Shown here in pieces: positions 31,050 to 41,931 of a stretch of 64,000 nucleotides of DNA (positions are counted from its first letter, which is position 1; each line of letters begins with the position of its first letter). The stretch covers positions 288,001 to 352,000 of the forward strand of contig CAVSPA010000004.1 of assembly GCA_963729715.1 (NCBI GenBank), read 5' to 3'. The DNA comes from an uncultured delta proteobacterium. Its GTDB lineage: Bacteria; Desulfobacterota; Syntrophia; Syntrophales; UBA2185. Under the pieces are notes generated by a model. That model was not told the origin of the DNA. It made no database searches and worked only from the letters and a program-made list of their open reading frames with translations. Position numbers and translations under genes: made by a program.

Positions 31050-32243
31050 CTATTCAGCCAAGAAGGATTTAATCCTCGCCTCCGCCTTCACTATATCGGT
31101 TAATCCGCCAATATGACCCTCGAAAGACGGCAATTCGAAGAGAGACGCACTGCCTCCGGCCTTATTCAGGGCTTCGGTAAATTCCCGCGAATAGTAGGGG
31201 TAGATGAGAACATCTGTGCTGCTCGGAACCATCAAGATCTTCGATTTAATCCGCTTTAGGGCTTCTTCATAGGAACCATAGCCGTACCCGATATCATGCA
31301 GTTCATTGGCTTTAGCTAGGTAGATTAATGAATTCGCATCAGCCGATTTCGCCCTGGCAAAGCTGGTCTTATCCAGTGCATCTTCTACGAGAAACTTATT
31401 TCCCATCGCAGCGTAAGGATCCTTTTTAGCGTCTGCTGTTTTTCGACCGAAGGCCCTATCTGCCCACCACGGGCTTCGAGCTATCAGGGTAATTATTTTC
31501 AGAGAATAGGCAACTCCATCTATAGGCTCTTCCTTTCCATAATAGTCGCCTTTGTTCCATTTAGGATCGAGCATAACGGCGTCGGCCCACACCTTCACCC
31601 AAGCCAGTGTCCAGGCATACGCCTTGGGAGTTGCAATAACTGGAATAATTTTCTCGACAACGTCCGGATAGGACACTGCCCATTCCACGGACTGAATACC
31701 GCCCATGGATGCCCCTGCCACGCCTTTAAGCTTTGCAATACCGAGAGACTTTATCAGCTCATATTGAATTCTTACCATGTCCCTGATACTGATAACGGGA
31801 AAGGACATTCCGTAAGGTTTTCCAGTCATTGGATTGATTGAGGCCGGACCGGTGGTTGTCACCATGGGGTCTTTTGTATTGATGTTGCAAAGCGTGTCTG
31901 TGCTTATAATGAAATATTTGTCCGTATCGAACGCTTTTCCGGGACCAATAACGCTGTCCCAGTAACCGGGGACCATTTCGGCTAGCGAATATTTCCCGGC
32001 GGCGTGTGACGTGCCGGAAAAGTGATGGCATATAAGAATGACGTTATCTCTGTTCTTGTTTAGAGTCCCGTAGGTTTCATATCCGACACGAACCGGTGCT
32101 ATTTTCTGTCCGGAAACAGTCGTGTAGGCCTTCATTTCAAATACCTTTTTTACCACCAACTGATCATAGGCGAATAAAACATTAGGACATCCAATAAGAA
32201 ATATAGCAATAAAGAGCATCGCAACTGTTCCTTTCTTTTTCAT
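31050..32243 (-). CDS. Exported MetX-like alpha/beta hydrolase/acyltransferase
   Basis: Signal peptide; YETYGTLN, ICHHFSG, GASMGG nucleophile elbow, C-terminal GHIGG. Confidence 0.85.
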   Translation of the reverse strand: MKKKGTVAMLFIAIFLIGCPNVLFAYDQLVVKKVFEMKAYTTVSGQKIAPVRVGYETYGTLNKNRDNVILICHHFSGTSHAAGKYSLAEMVPGYWDSVIGPGKAFDTDKYFIISTDTLCNINTKDPMVTTTGPASINPMTGKPYGMSFPVISIRDMVRIQYELIKSLGIAKLKGVAGASMGGIQSVEWAVSYPDVVEKIIPVIATPKAYAWTLAWVKVWADAVMLDPKWNKGDYYGKEEPIDGVAYSLKIITLIARSPWWADRAFGRKTADAKKDPYAAMGNKFLVEDALDKTSFARAKSADANSLIYLAKANELHDIGYGYGSYEEALKRIKSKILMVPSSTDVLIYPYYSREFTEALNKAGGSASLFELPSFEGHIGGLTDIVKAEARIKSFLAE

Positions 32244-32699
32244 GGTTCCCTCCCTTTATGAGAATTTGATAAGAGTTCCTTTTATATTAGGCGGAATATA
32301 TGGAAAAATGTTTCTGCATGTCAAGACAATTCGACCACAAAATATAGTGTGTGCCGCTGTTTGATTTAGTGGGCATAGTTAGGAGATATTCTTAGGGGTT
32401 AATGAAGGAGTTTAATGAGAATTTATTTACCGGTATTACTATGGGCAGTAGCCATTTTTTAGTAATAAACTGGGCACACCTTCGTACGCCCAATTGTTAT
32501 TCTTTCAGGATTATGACTGATATAGGCATCCTAGGATTAATCGGGGTCTCACAATAACCATGAGCATTGCGCATCGAAATCATGTATCCATGCAAGAAAG
32601 GCAGTTCTATTGAGTACAGGAATAAGCGGAGCGCTTCTCTCAACTGCAACCACACAACTATCAGTTTTAAGGTGGGGTGAGGATTGCCATCTGATAATT

Positions 32700-34064
32700 C
32701 TACGGATTGCACGCTTTCGACTGATGGCTCAATCTAATAAGTTTCCTCCGCACCAAATCAACGTGCTCTTGAAGCTTATAAGCCTCCTCAAAAAAAGCGA
32801 GAGGCACCGGTATTATATTGATCGATGCCTCGATCCGGTCAATCTCTTCATGATAACGCGCTATCTCTTCCGGTTCGGAACTTTCCATCACTTCCAATTC
32901 CAGATTTTTGAGTTCTCTATACCAGTGATAGAATTTACGCCGGTGCCGCCAGGAGTACAACCAGGGTATGCTTCTGATTAAAGGGATAAGGATTATGGCC
33001 ACCGGGACCATGATTAAAATCGTGCGGTCAACAAACGCAGCTATCCCAAAGGGAAGATAGTCTAGCAGGAAAGGCCGTCCCGATTTATAAAATTTCTCCG
33101 CATATTTGGACGCGGGGAAACTCAGATCTCTTGGCGAAGGGAATTCCCCCTTCTTATGCACCCAGCCTGCGCTGCTGTGAATCTCCACGGCAGCGTCGAG
33201 CAGCAGATACACTAAAGCAGGATTCAGGTCTTTGCGAACGACGAGGCTTGTCGTCACAGCCAAAAGATGAACATCCTGTGAGGGTGTCCTCTTTGAAATG
33301 TCCAGTATACCTTGGGGTAACACAACATGCGATAAGGCGGGGATAAGCCGGGTGTAAGCCTCAGCCTGCCGGAAAGTCATCAACTTCAGATTCGGGTTAT
33401 ACAGAAGTTCCTTAACCAGGGGATTATCCTCTGTGCCGATTATCACTACGGCATCTACCCTCCCTTCCAATAAAGCTTTATTAGCAGGAGCGCCGGCAAG
33501 GTCAAGCAGCACGGTTGGTGGAGCTGCACTATGATTCAGTTTAAGCAATTTGGTCGCAAATATGCGCACCCCGCTCCCTTCCGGTCCGATCGCAATTCTC
33601 TTTCCCTTAAGTTCGGATAGGTAATCAAAGGTCTCGTAGCTTCGATAAAAGACCCAAAGAGGCAAGTAGCCTATGGCGCCGAGGGAAACAATATCCTTTG
33701 CCTCTGCGGGCGAACTCATTCCATCCTGGACAAAACCCGCATCCACCCGGTGCGATTTATCGTTAAGGCGCTTGAGGTTTTCTACGGAACCTGAGGAGGG
33801 AAGTAACTCAAGACGAATCCTGTCACGCGCCAGTATCTCCCGGTAGCGCTCACCAAAGATTTGGTAAGACCCGCTTTCAAAACCGGTGGTCATAATTAAA
33901 TGGTCGGGAGCCTTGAAATGATAGGCGATTATAATCGATATCAGTACGACCAGTAGAACCGAGGCGAGGATCGCCAGAAGGCTGTGGTTAGCTATTGAAG
34001 AAAGGATTCTGCGTCTAATATTTGTTTCCTGAAACATTCTATCACTCGTGGAGGCGGACCTCAT
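32700..34064 (-). CDS. TAXI-family TRAP solute receptor with C-terminal membrane extension
   Basis: GSY, GSVENL, GFVQ, LKGKRIAIGPEGSG; C-terminal TM plus helical tail. Confidence 0.85.
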   Translation of the reverse strand: MRSASTSDRMFQETNIRRRILSSIANHSLLAILASVLLVVLISIIIAYHFKAPDHLIMTTGFESGSYQIFGERYREILARDRIRLELLPSSGSVENLKRLNDKSHRVDAGFVQDGMSSPAEAKDIVSLGAIGYLPLWVFYRSYETFDYLSELKGKRIAIGPEGSGVRIFATKLLKLNHSAAPPTVLLDLAGAPANKALLEGRVDAVVIIGTEDNPLVKELLYNPNLKLMTFRQAEAYTRLIPALSHVVLPQGILDISKRTPSQDVHLLAVTTSLVVRKDLNPALVYLLLDAAVEIHSSAGWVHKKGEFPSPRDLSFPASKYAEKFYKSGRPFLLDYLPFGIAAFVDRTILIMVPVAIILIPLIRSIPWLYSWRHRRKFYHWYRELKNLELEVMESSEPEEIARYHEEIDRIEASINIIPVPLAFFEEAYKLQEHVDLVRRKLIRLSHQSKACNP

Positions 34065-34321
34065 GAAATATCAAAGAAATATCTATGTCAAGCGAAATGA
34101 ATTAATCGAATATGGTCGGAGACCTTAAGCTCATATCGCATGTTTTACAGAGCATGCCTACCCGCAGTCACCAATCAGATTTTCCGAAGTCAATAATAAT
34201 AGTTTGAGTACGCACAAATCAGTATATGACCGATTGCAAATAGATGAGCCAACTCTATATTCTGATATCAAACTTGGTTTAATTTGCGTAGGATAATAAT
34301 TAACTACCATATAGGAGGTCT

Positions 34322-34948
34322 ATGTCCATGATAAAATATTTAAAACTCTTTGCTTTGGCCATCGTAATCGTGACCATTTCCGCGTCGCTTTGCGCCGCCG
34401 CCGAGGTAGCTTCCAAAGAATCGGTGGAGCAGAACTTTCAGAAGGCGCGGCAGGATTATCTGCAGAAAGACATGAAGGCCGCTGCCGATGAAGTTCGTAA
34501 GGGGGCCGCCTATGTCAAGTCCGAGGCCTCTGCCGCCAAGGGCAAAGCCAAGGAAGCTCTGACGGCATCCTACCATGAGCTTGTGAAGCTGTCAGGGGAA
34601 TTAGAAAAAGGAACTGTGAAGTCTGTAAAAAAAATGGAGACGGCCTTTGCCCGCACCTACAAGGCCCTCGCAACGAATTCGCATGTGAAGTCAACGGAAG
34701 CATGGTCGAAGAAGGAATTCAAGAATGCGGGAGATGACCTTGAGGCTGCCGTTGACGAGTTGGAAAAAGGATTTGCCTGGGCTGGGCAGAAAGCACAAGC
34801 CGGCACACAGAAGGCGATCAGTGAATCGAGGGAGCTATCCAAAAAGCTGAAGGAAGGTGCCAGCTCGGCCTCCGCAGAAGCTAAGAAGGCCATGAAAGGC
34901 ATGGGGGATGAGATCAAGACATTCGGTCAAAAAATCTCCTCAAAATAG
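34322..34948 (+). CDS. Secreted alpha-helical hypothetical protein
   Basis: AGGAGG RBS, signal peptide, Lys/Ala/Glu-rich helices. Confidence 0.75.
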   Translation: MSMIKYLKLFALAIVIVTISASLCAAAEVASKESVEQNFQKARQDYLQKDMKAAADEVRKGAAYVKSEASAAKGKAKEALTASYHELVKLSGELEKGTVKSVKKMETAFARTYKALATNSHVKSTEAWSKKEFKNAGDDLEAAVDELEKGFAWAGQKAQAGTQKAISESRELSKKLKEGASSASAEAKKAMKGMGDEIKTFGQKISSK

Positions 34949-35159
34949 TAATAGATGACGAGTCGTCCGGGACAGCGATATCCTCGGTATTCGCTTCAGG
35001 GTTTGATAAGCAATAAAGGAGCGGCATAATGCTGTTAACGAGTATACCTATAAGTCCCACATCATCAAGATAAGTTGGAATAAACAGAAAAGCAGGATTA
35101 TTTCTACCCCTGCTTCCTGTTGTCGATAAGGGAATGTGGTTTTGCCTGAATAGTTGTTC

Positions 35160-35645
35160 TTATTTCTTTTTCATGTCCCACGTTCCATTGCAGATCTCTT
35201 CATCGTGTACGCTGGTATAAGTACCTTTCCCGGCCCACTCGCCACCTTTCATACACAGAATCCCCTGGTATTTCGTTTCCTATCCGGCTCTCTTCATCAC
35301 GCCCTGGATATTGCAACATCCTCCCGGACCCGGTGTCACAGTACCCGTAAATTCCTGGCTGCCTCCCGGCGCAGCGGCTTTTGCATCCGTTACCTTCCCC
35401 CATATCTTCGAATCACATCCTGGCCCCTGGTTAATCTCCATAATTGACGTTTTACCTTTGTCCGGTTTCGGGCAGGTCTTTGATGCCACTGAGCTGTGAA
35501 ACACCTCATAGGTCCCGGCAACGCAGCAGGCCTTTGATGGTTTTCTCGGCGGCTGCTTTACCTGGGCGAACGCAAACCCAACATACATAAACACGGACAA
35601 AAGAATAGCCAAACCTATAAATGCTAATAATCTCTCATGCATCAC
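35160..35645 (-). pseudogene. Cys-rich secreted hypothetical protein with in-frame TAG at 35280-35282
   Basis: AGGAGG RBS, AFA signal cleavage site; frame continues ETKYQGILCMKGGEWAGKGTY...ICNGTWDMKKK to TAA at 35160. Confidence 0.6.
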
Positions 35646-35971
35646 ACCTCCTTCTTTTTACATGGATTGATAATTGAGTTGATAAGAAGCCCTTGTTGAG
35701 TGTGTGAAGTATGGGGAAAAATGCATCATGATGTCAAGGCAATTAGACTGCATGATGTGTGGACACTATTTAATACATAAACCAGTAAGGAAGTACAATA
35801 TGCGTTGTATCCACGGACGGAAACAACGACACTCTCTTACAGTAAGGGCTAAATAAAAAATTCGTTTGCCGATTTTCCAAGATCGCCAAACGGGTAAAAT
35901 CTTAGACTACGAATCAATGATTTTCATGTTGGTATTGGAGTGAGTATTACTGTTTGAAATCGAGATAAGGA

Positions 35972-38900
35972 TTAATTGCCTCCCGGATCACCAACGATAA
36001 TAAACGGCGCCCAGAACAGAGGATGAGCATAGCTGGCAATGATCTTGCCTGACGCTTCATTCTTCAAATTTGCTTCATCAATGATGTTAAGGATAGATTG
36101 GCGCAAGGCCTGCGCACGGGATAATGTTTTATCCCCCTCCTGTTTTTGAAATATTCCGGTTACCAGTTTTTGCGCAGAGGTTGTCTCCACCGGCCACATG
36201 GTAACTAACAGGGCTCTCGTTCCGGCGTAAAAGAACGATTTACCAATGCCGGAAATTGCTTCCGCGCCCTGGCCTTCTGCAGCGCCGGTATTGCAGGCGG
36301 AAAGAACAACCCAGTCGGCATTGAGCTTCAGTTTTAAAATTTCTTCCATTGTGATGAGTCCGTCTCCTACCTCGCCGATAACAGCGGGAGAGGAGGCGGC
36401 AAGCGCCGGTTGATCCAGACCGTCCAGATCACCGGGAATCAAGGCATGTGTCGCAAAGGCAATAACTTTTCTATCCGATAGATTCATAGTTTTGACGCGG
36501 GATTCGGAAAATGCTTTGCCCAGGAAGACGTCTTCACTTGGATTGGCGCCCAGGACTTTCGCGATGTTGTTGAGTTCTTCAGATGTGTCCGGAAGCCTCT
36601 CCAACTTATCCAATTGCATCGAAGAAAGATTGCTGTCATCTAATTTGCCTTTAGATGTTATGCGCACTCCCCGCACCTGAATGTTGCCCTCCCTGCCAGC
36701 AAGTTGGGTTTTTCCCGCCGTAATTTCTTTTTCCTTTTTGGCTAACTGTTCCAGATTAAAGATCGGGTCGCCAAAACCGACAAAGGCTTTTCTTTTCACA
36801 TCTCCTTCCGGCAGTGAACGCAATGTTACAAGGGCGCTCGCGGCGGGTAGCATAGTGATGGAGACTTTTCTAATGAGCCAGGGAACCTTCCGGTAATTGG
36901 CAAAGAGCTCTCCTTTTTCATTTGCCAGTGTAACCGGCTGAGTGGGAAGCAGTGAAAAGGGCAACTGTCCTAAAGGTCCGTGAATTGTCACCAGGAGATC
37001 TTTTGTCTTGCTCCATGCCGACTCGGCAGGTTTAAAAAGCATGCTGTATAATTTATAAGCGGCAGCCAAATCAAACTCCGGAATATCACCAAATGTGTTG
37101 GGACTGGGATCGAGCGCTTGCCGCAGATGATTGACAATCGCGGCCTGTTCTTTTTTCCCAAGAGGTGCAGTAATGAATCTTATTTCCCCCTGTTGGGGTA
37201 TTACCCAAACGTACGTTTTTTCATCCGTTGTAAAAATGGACACCAGCGCCTCGCCTCGGTGGAGATTGTTTTGCAATTTCTCTGCGGTTATTGGCTGGGG
37301 ACGAGTAAAATTAGCGTACTTGGGAAAACGCTTGACGATTTCATCTAAGATGGAGTTTCTCGCCTTCGTCAGTGACTCTATGCTTGCTCTCATTGTTTTT
37401 ATGGCATTGGCGTTTTGCTGGTCTGCCGGAGCCATGAGCGCGTTGGATAACACTGCCTGTATCGCGGTAATTTGCTTATTAGCGTCCTGCTCTTTCCTCG
37501 CTAAATCGGCTAATTCCGGGTCATATGCTGCGGCTGCGCGGACGCTGCTTTCACCAATTGCGGTCTGGATGGTTTGCCCTCCCAAGTAACTGGCTATGCG
37601 GAAGGATTCGGCCAGAGCGTTGACGCCAAATTCTTTTTCCTGAGGCGTGTTGTAAATGCTGCCTAAAAAATCAATGTAAGCTTCCAGGATGATGTGCTGA
37701 AATTTATTGGCAACTTCGCTATCTTTAATTCCCCGTCCAATGAGGGCCGGCGCAGCGGCTGCAAAATTATAATAGGCCCCTTTGTTGTTACCACTCATCA
37801 CATTAGCCATACCGAGCAATCCTAATGTCCGAATAGTTGCCAAATGTTTTTCACCAAACCGCTTGCGATTCATATTGTAAGTATCCGAGATAATCTTTAT
37901 TGCTTCATCTTTCCGGCCGGTTTTCAGAAGGGTTAGCATCAAATTGATATTGCGGATAAATTTGGTTTCGTAAAGATAGCGGTTTTCTTTCATCCCGGCC
38001 CGCGCCAGATCATACTGCTTCAGTGCGCCAGCGTAATCTCCCTTTTGGCTGAGAACATCACCCAGGAACATTCCGGCATTGCACACTAAATTGGAATCAG
38101 GTGAAACTCCTGAAGCTTCCAGAATACGAAGGCCGGCACGTGCGAGTTGCTCAGCGTCGCTAAGGCGTCCTTGGGCAAGCATCAATCTGGCCAGATTTTC
38201 AACCGCCTTTCCGGTTATATCCGACTCTACTCCTGCATGTCCCAATGCTTCGAGCAGTGCCTCACGTGCTTCAATTTCCGCTTCCATGCGCCTTCCCTGG
38301 TTAGATAAATTTTTAGAGAGACTGATCCGACCGTTTATTTCCCCGCGAGGGAAGTCTTTCAGCGAATGATAGAGAGCGAGTGCGCTCCGTTCGTGAGGTT
38401 CTGCTTCCACATATTTGCCTTGCGCCTCCAGAACGAGGTATATGATCCTTTCCATATTAGCGTCCCGGGAGATATTTTTATTTTTCTTCGTTTTATACCG
38501 GAAGGCACTCTCACGACTGATTTTTTCAGCCTTTTCGAAATCGCCCAACTGGAGATAGGCATTAATCAGGTGATCATCGGTGCCAAATGTATCTCTGATT
38601 TCGCGAGCCCTGTTTAACATATCAAGAGCTGTTTGAAAATTACCGGCATTCTGCTCAACAATGGCCAGATGACGTAAAACGTCGTCGTTTTCCGAGCCTG
38701 CTTTCCGGTAATACGCGAGTGCCTTGCGCAGATCGTCAATTGCCTGCTTTATTTGGCCAAGCTGCCGAGCTGCTTCTCCCCGATCATGGTAGAATACAGC
38801 CATAGTACGGTCATCTGCTTTGACCGGAGGAAGCGCCGCCGCCCTGGCTTTAAACTGCTCCGTGATTTTAGCATCAAATTGTCCCGGCTGATTAAGCACT

Positions 38901-39070
38901 TCCAAAATATCACTTATCCGGCGAGATGGTTTGGTGAATGTTTTATCATCCATGGCAATGGAAACTCTTTTCGCTTCCTCCAGGGACATTTTTGTTGCGC
39001 AGCATGGAAAGAAGATCAGTGTCACAAGGGCAAAAATGAAAATGTTCAGCTCATTCTTGCTTTTAGCCAT
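35972..39070 (-). CDS. Exported TPR-CHAT (caspase-superfamily) protease
   Basis: Hydrophobic N-terminus with Cys, TPR-like repeats, AFATHA and LSACNTG catalytic motifs, HPLFWAPF end. Confidence 0.9.
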   Translation of the reverse strand: MAKSKNELNIFIFALVTLIFFPCCATKMSLEEAKRVSIAMDDKTFTKPSRRISDILEVLNQPGQFDAKITEQFKARAAALPPVKADDRTMAVFYHDRGEAARQLGQIKQAIDDLRKALAYYRKAGSENDDVLRHLAIVEQNAGNFQTALDMLNRAREIRDTFGTDDHLINAYLQLGDFEKAEKISRESAFRYKTKKNKNISRDANMERIIYLVLEAQGKYVEAEPHERSALALYHSLKDFPRGEINGRISLSKNLSNQGRRMEAEIEAREALLEALGHAGVESDITGKAVENLARLMLAQGRLSDAEQLARAGLRILEASGVSPDSNLVCNAGMFLGDVLSQKGDYAGALKQYDLARAGMKENRYLYETKFIRNINLMLTLLKTGRKDEAIKIISDTYNMNRKRFGEKHLATIRTLGLLGMANVMSGNNKGAYYNFAAAAPALIGRGIKDSEVANKFQHIILEAYIDFLGSIYNTPQEKEFGVNALAESFRIASYLGGQTIQTAIGESSVRAAAAYDPELADLARKEQDANKQITAIQAVLSNALMAPADQQNANAIKTMRASIESLTKARNSILDEIVKRFPKYANFTRPQPITAEKLQNNLHRGEALVSIFTTDEKTYVWVIPQQGEIRFITAPLGKKEQAAIVNHLRQALDPSPNTFGDIPEFDLAAAYKLYSMLFKPAESAWSKTKDLLVTIHGPLGQLPFSLLPTQPVTLANEKGELFANYRKVPWLIRKVSITMLPAASALVTLRSLPEGDVKRKAFVGFGDPIFNLEQLAKKEKEITAGKTQLAGREGNIQVRGVRITSKGKLDDSNLSSMQLDKLERLPDTSEELNNIAKVLGANPSEDVFLGKAFSESRVKTMNLSDRKVIAFATHALIPGDLDGLDQPALAASSPAVIGEVGDGLITMEEILKLKLNADWVVLSACNTGAAEGQGAEAISGIGKSFFYAGTRALLVTMWPVETTSAQKLVTGIFQKQEGDKTLSRAQALRQSILNIIDEANLKNEASGKIIASYAHPLFWAPFIIVGDPGGN

Positions 39071-39340
39071 TTGTGATCCTCCAATGAGATTTTTTGTCTT
39101 TACCTCGAAAAATTATATTGGCTCAATCAAGTGTGGTTAATTATATCACATTTTAAATCGAAGTTCCCTTTAATATACTATACATTATTGCAGATTATTT
39201 TTTGGCAGAAAATGTTTTGTCTATTTACAATTGAAATCTTGTATGGACGAGCGAAATTGGGGAAACAACAAGGAAGAAGCAAATGTTTATCAACCTACGA
39301 ACCATCTCCGCCGCTCTATAGCGAAAGAAGAAGCAATCAG

Positions 39341-41674
39341 TTACTTCGCATTTCCCGTGAGCTGAAATGAGGCCCAGTAATAAGGATGGGTGTATTTCTT
39401 CTTAGTCTCTAACTGGGCTGTTCTCAAGGCTTCACGCTTATCAGTCCTGTCCATCTCCTTGTAGAAGCGTGTCATCAGTTGTGCCGTGGCAACGTCGTCC
39501 ACCTTCCAGAGGCTGGCTACGATTGAGCTGGAACCGGCATAAAGAAATCCCCTCGTGAGCCCGACGAGATCATCACCGTTGGCGATCTTGCTCAATCCTG
39601 TTTCACAGGCGCTCAAGGTCACCATCTCCGCAGTCAGGTTTAGTGAATAGATTTTATTCACTGAAAGCATCCCATTGTAGTGGGAATCGGGAGTCAGGAG
39701 CAGCGCCGATTGCAATGGGAATTCCGGATTGAACTGGCCATGCGTGGCGAAATGCAGGTAAGTGTAGTCGCTGCCATACTTGCGGAGTGCCTCTTCTGTC
39801 GCCTCCTTGCGGATGAATACTTTGGACCGAGGCCGGATACCGGCAATATCTCTCGCCTCCTGTTCGGCATATGAGAGATCAAGCTTGGCGTCGCCAAGGT
39901 CCGGATTGCCGAAAATCAATACTCCTCCACCCTTCCCCGCCTTCCTCTTCCTCAGGTACCTCAGGGCGCTCGCGCTGGGCATCATGCTTATACTGTAACG
40001 GTCGATGATATAACTCTGACCATCATTCAGGGCATTCATAGGCACGTAGTGCAATACCCCGTGGGGGACGATGATAAGAGAATGTTTGCCGATTGAGCCT
40101 TCGATTGGCTGGAAGAGTCGTTCATAAAGTTTTCGCGAAGCATCCATAAACCCAGGAGAGCCCGGCGTCTCTATGAGCTGACGGAAGGCCGTGACGTCAT
40201 CTATGAGACCCGCACCATTCAGTTTAACGGTCTGGAGCTTGCCGTCGGCAAGCACAAAAGCATACATGTCGCTGTCGCGGTAATAGTATTCGATTAAGGC
40301 TTCATTCGCCGCGATCTCCGACAACAGCTCGGAGACAGGCTGGTAAGTTACTGTGACAAGCGAAGCCAGCTCCGGAGCCTTATTCCTCAAGTCTTCCCTG
40401 ACTTTGACCTGCACGCTCCGGGTCTTTGCACCGTTAGTCGATGCAATCTGCATGGCAATTCTTCTTTCCGTGGAATCCTGAGCGGCAAGGAGTGTGCGGA
40501 TTTCCTTTTCATCCCCGCCTCTGAATGCAAAGTCTTCTTTCGAAGCGAGAAGATCGACCAGCGCCCGGGACTTCGAGCGCTCGACATATTCAAAAGCCTT
40601 TTCGTATTGTCTGTCTTCATATAAGACCCTTATCAAATCATGGTAGACGGCCTGCTTGTCGCCAACAAAACCTATTTTGCTCCCCTCAGAAGAGATGCTC
40701 TTTCTCTGATTCTCAATGATCTCCGTAGCTTGTTCTAAATACTTAATGCTTTCCTTCAATCTGCCTTCTTTCATATATATCAAAGCCAGGTCGGCCAGCG
40801 ATGTCCAATGGAGACGTTCGTAATTTGCGGCCATCTTCTGAGAGAGAAGTTTTTCATAGCCGCTTTTTGCCTCGTCAAGACTCCCCGTTTCAAACAGAAT
40901 CTTTGCTACCATAAACTCACTTAAGAACGTGCCGCGTTCTGTCCACGCACCGATGCTCGTATCTGTCCCAACGTCCGCGTAATGCACGAGCATTGGGAAA
41001 ACCATCATTACCTCGACGGCCTGGGCGAAAGCATAAAAGGCGCTTCCCGAGTATTCCTGGATAACTCTCTTGGCATTTGCATAGTCCTTCATTATGAAAT
41101 AAATTCCGGCTACGGCGGCGTTCTTGATCGGCCGAAGCTGAAATTCAGCCATCGATGTGACTGTCTTGATCTTGCCGATGTAATCCAATGCAGTTTTCTT
41201 ATCCCCCCTTATTGCTGCAAAAATGCCAGCGGTTTCATAGACATGGATTTCAGCAATCTTGTAACCGTTATGAAAATTCGGTGACGCCTTTTTCAGGAGG
41301 AGAACTGAATAATCAACTTCCTTTTCTATATCGTCGGGATCGGCGCCGAGATCGATCATGTTCCTCGCCTTGAAGGAATGGATCTCCGCAAGTAAAGCAT
41401 CCCGGGAGGTTCTGTTGATTGTGTCAGCCTTTCCCGTTCTTGCAAAAAAAGCATCATGGCAGTTGGCGAATTTTTCATAATTTTTTATCTCATATAGAGA
41501 TAGGCAATAGTAATACAAATCGTTGAGATCGGCTTTGTCGGTAGACATGTTCTTCTCAAAATATTGTGTCGACTGGTGGAACTGGCTGTTCAACCAATAT
41601 TTTTGCATCGGGGTTGTGCAACCTGAGAAAGCCAATGCCAAAAGAAGAATGACCAAGGCGGATGTTTTTCGCAT
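39341..41674 (-). CDS. Lipoprotein TPR-CHAT protease
   Basis: Lipobox FSGC, TPRs, ERSKSRAL, HFATHG, LSACETG, HPYYWASF. Confidence 0.9.
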   Translation of the reverse strand: MRKTSALVILLLALAFSGCTTPMQKYWLNSQFHQSTQYFEKNMSTDKADLNDLYYYCLSLYEIKNYEKFANCHDAFFARTGKADTINRTSRDALLAEIHSFKARNMIDLGADPDDIEKEVDYSVLLLKKASPNFHNGYKIAEIHVYETAGIFAAIRGDKKTALDYIGKIKTVTSMAEFQLRPIKNAAVAGIYFIMKDYANAKRVIQEYSGSAFYAFAQAVEVMMVFPMLVHYADVGTDTSIGAWTERGTFLSEFMVAKILFETGSLDEAKSGYEKLLSQKMAANYERLHWTSLADLALIYMKEGRLKESIKYLEQATEIIENQRKSISSEGSKIGFVGDKQAVYHDLIRVLYEDRQYEKAFEYVERSKSRALVDLLASKEDFAFRGGDEKEIRTLLAAQDSTERRIAMQIASTNGAKTRSVQVKVREDLRNKAPELASLVTVTYQPVSELLSEIAANEALIEYYYRDSDMYAFVLADGKLQTVKLNGAGLIDDVTAFRQLIETPGSPGFMDASRKLYERLFQPIEGSIGKHSLIIVPHGVLHYVPMNALNDGQSYIIDRYSISMMPSASALRYLRKRKAGKGGGVLIFGNPDLGDAKLDLSYAEQEARDIAGIRPRSKVFIRKEATEEALRKYGSDYTYLHFATHGQFNPEFPLQSALLLTPDSHYNGMLSVNKIYSLNLTAEMVTLSACETGLSKIANGDDLVGLTRGFLYAGSSSIVASLWKVDDVATAQLMTRFYKEMDRTDKREALRTAQLETKKKYTHPYYWASFQLTGNAK

Positions 41675-41931
41675 AGAGTAATATCCTTTTCTAAGAAATT
41701 GGTCTTGACGATCTTCCATGACTATTCGATAGAGAATATCTCTACCATATTTTAAATGGTGTTTCTATCTGTTCCACGCATCAATGCTGTTTATGCCATT
41801 TGCGAGAGCTGCCCCAAAAATAAAAAGGCGATTGAAGAATGGCTCCAACCGCCTCAACAAGCCAAGGCTCAAGGGAAATAGCAGCGCAGAAAGAAATTAA
41901 GTGAGAGATCGTGAAATACCATAGCTCAATA

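Noticed and set aside
22487..35282. Two in-frame TAG codons as possible pyrrolysine or recoding
   Set aside because: TAG is the normal stop of trpB, trpA, ndk and others here, a similar lesion uses TAA, and no pyl genes are in the window
35972..41674. CHAT proteases as Craspase/type III-E components
   Set aside because: No CRISPR array or Cas7-11 in the window and both proteins have export signals
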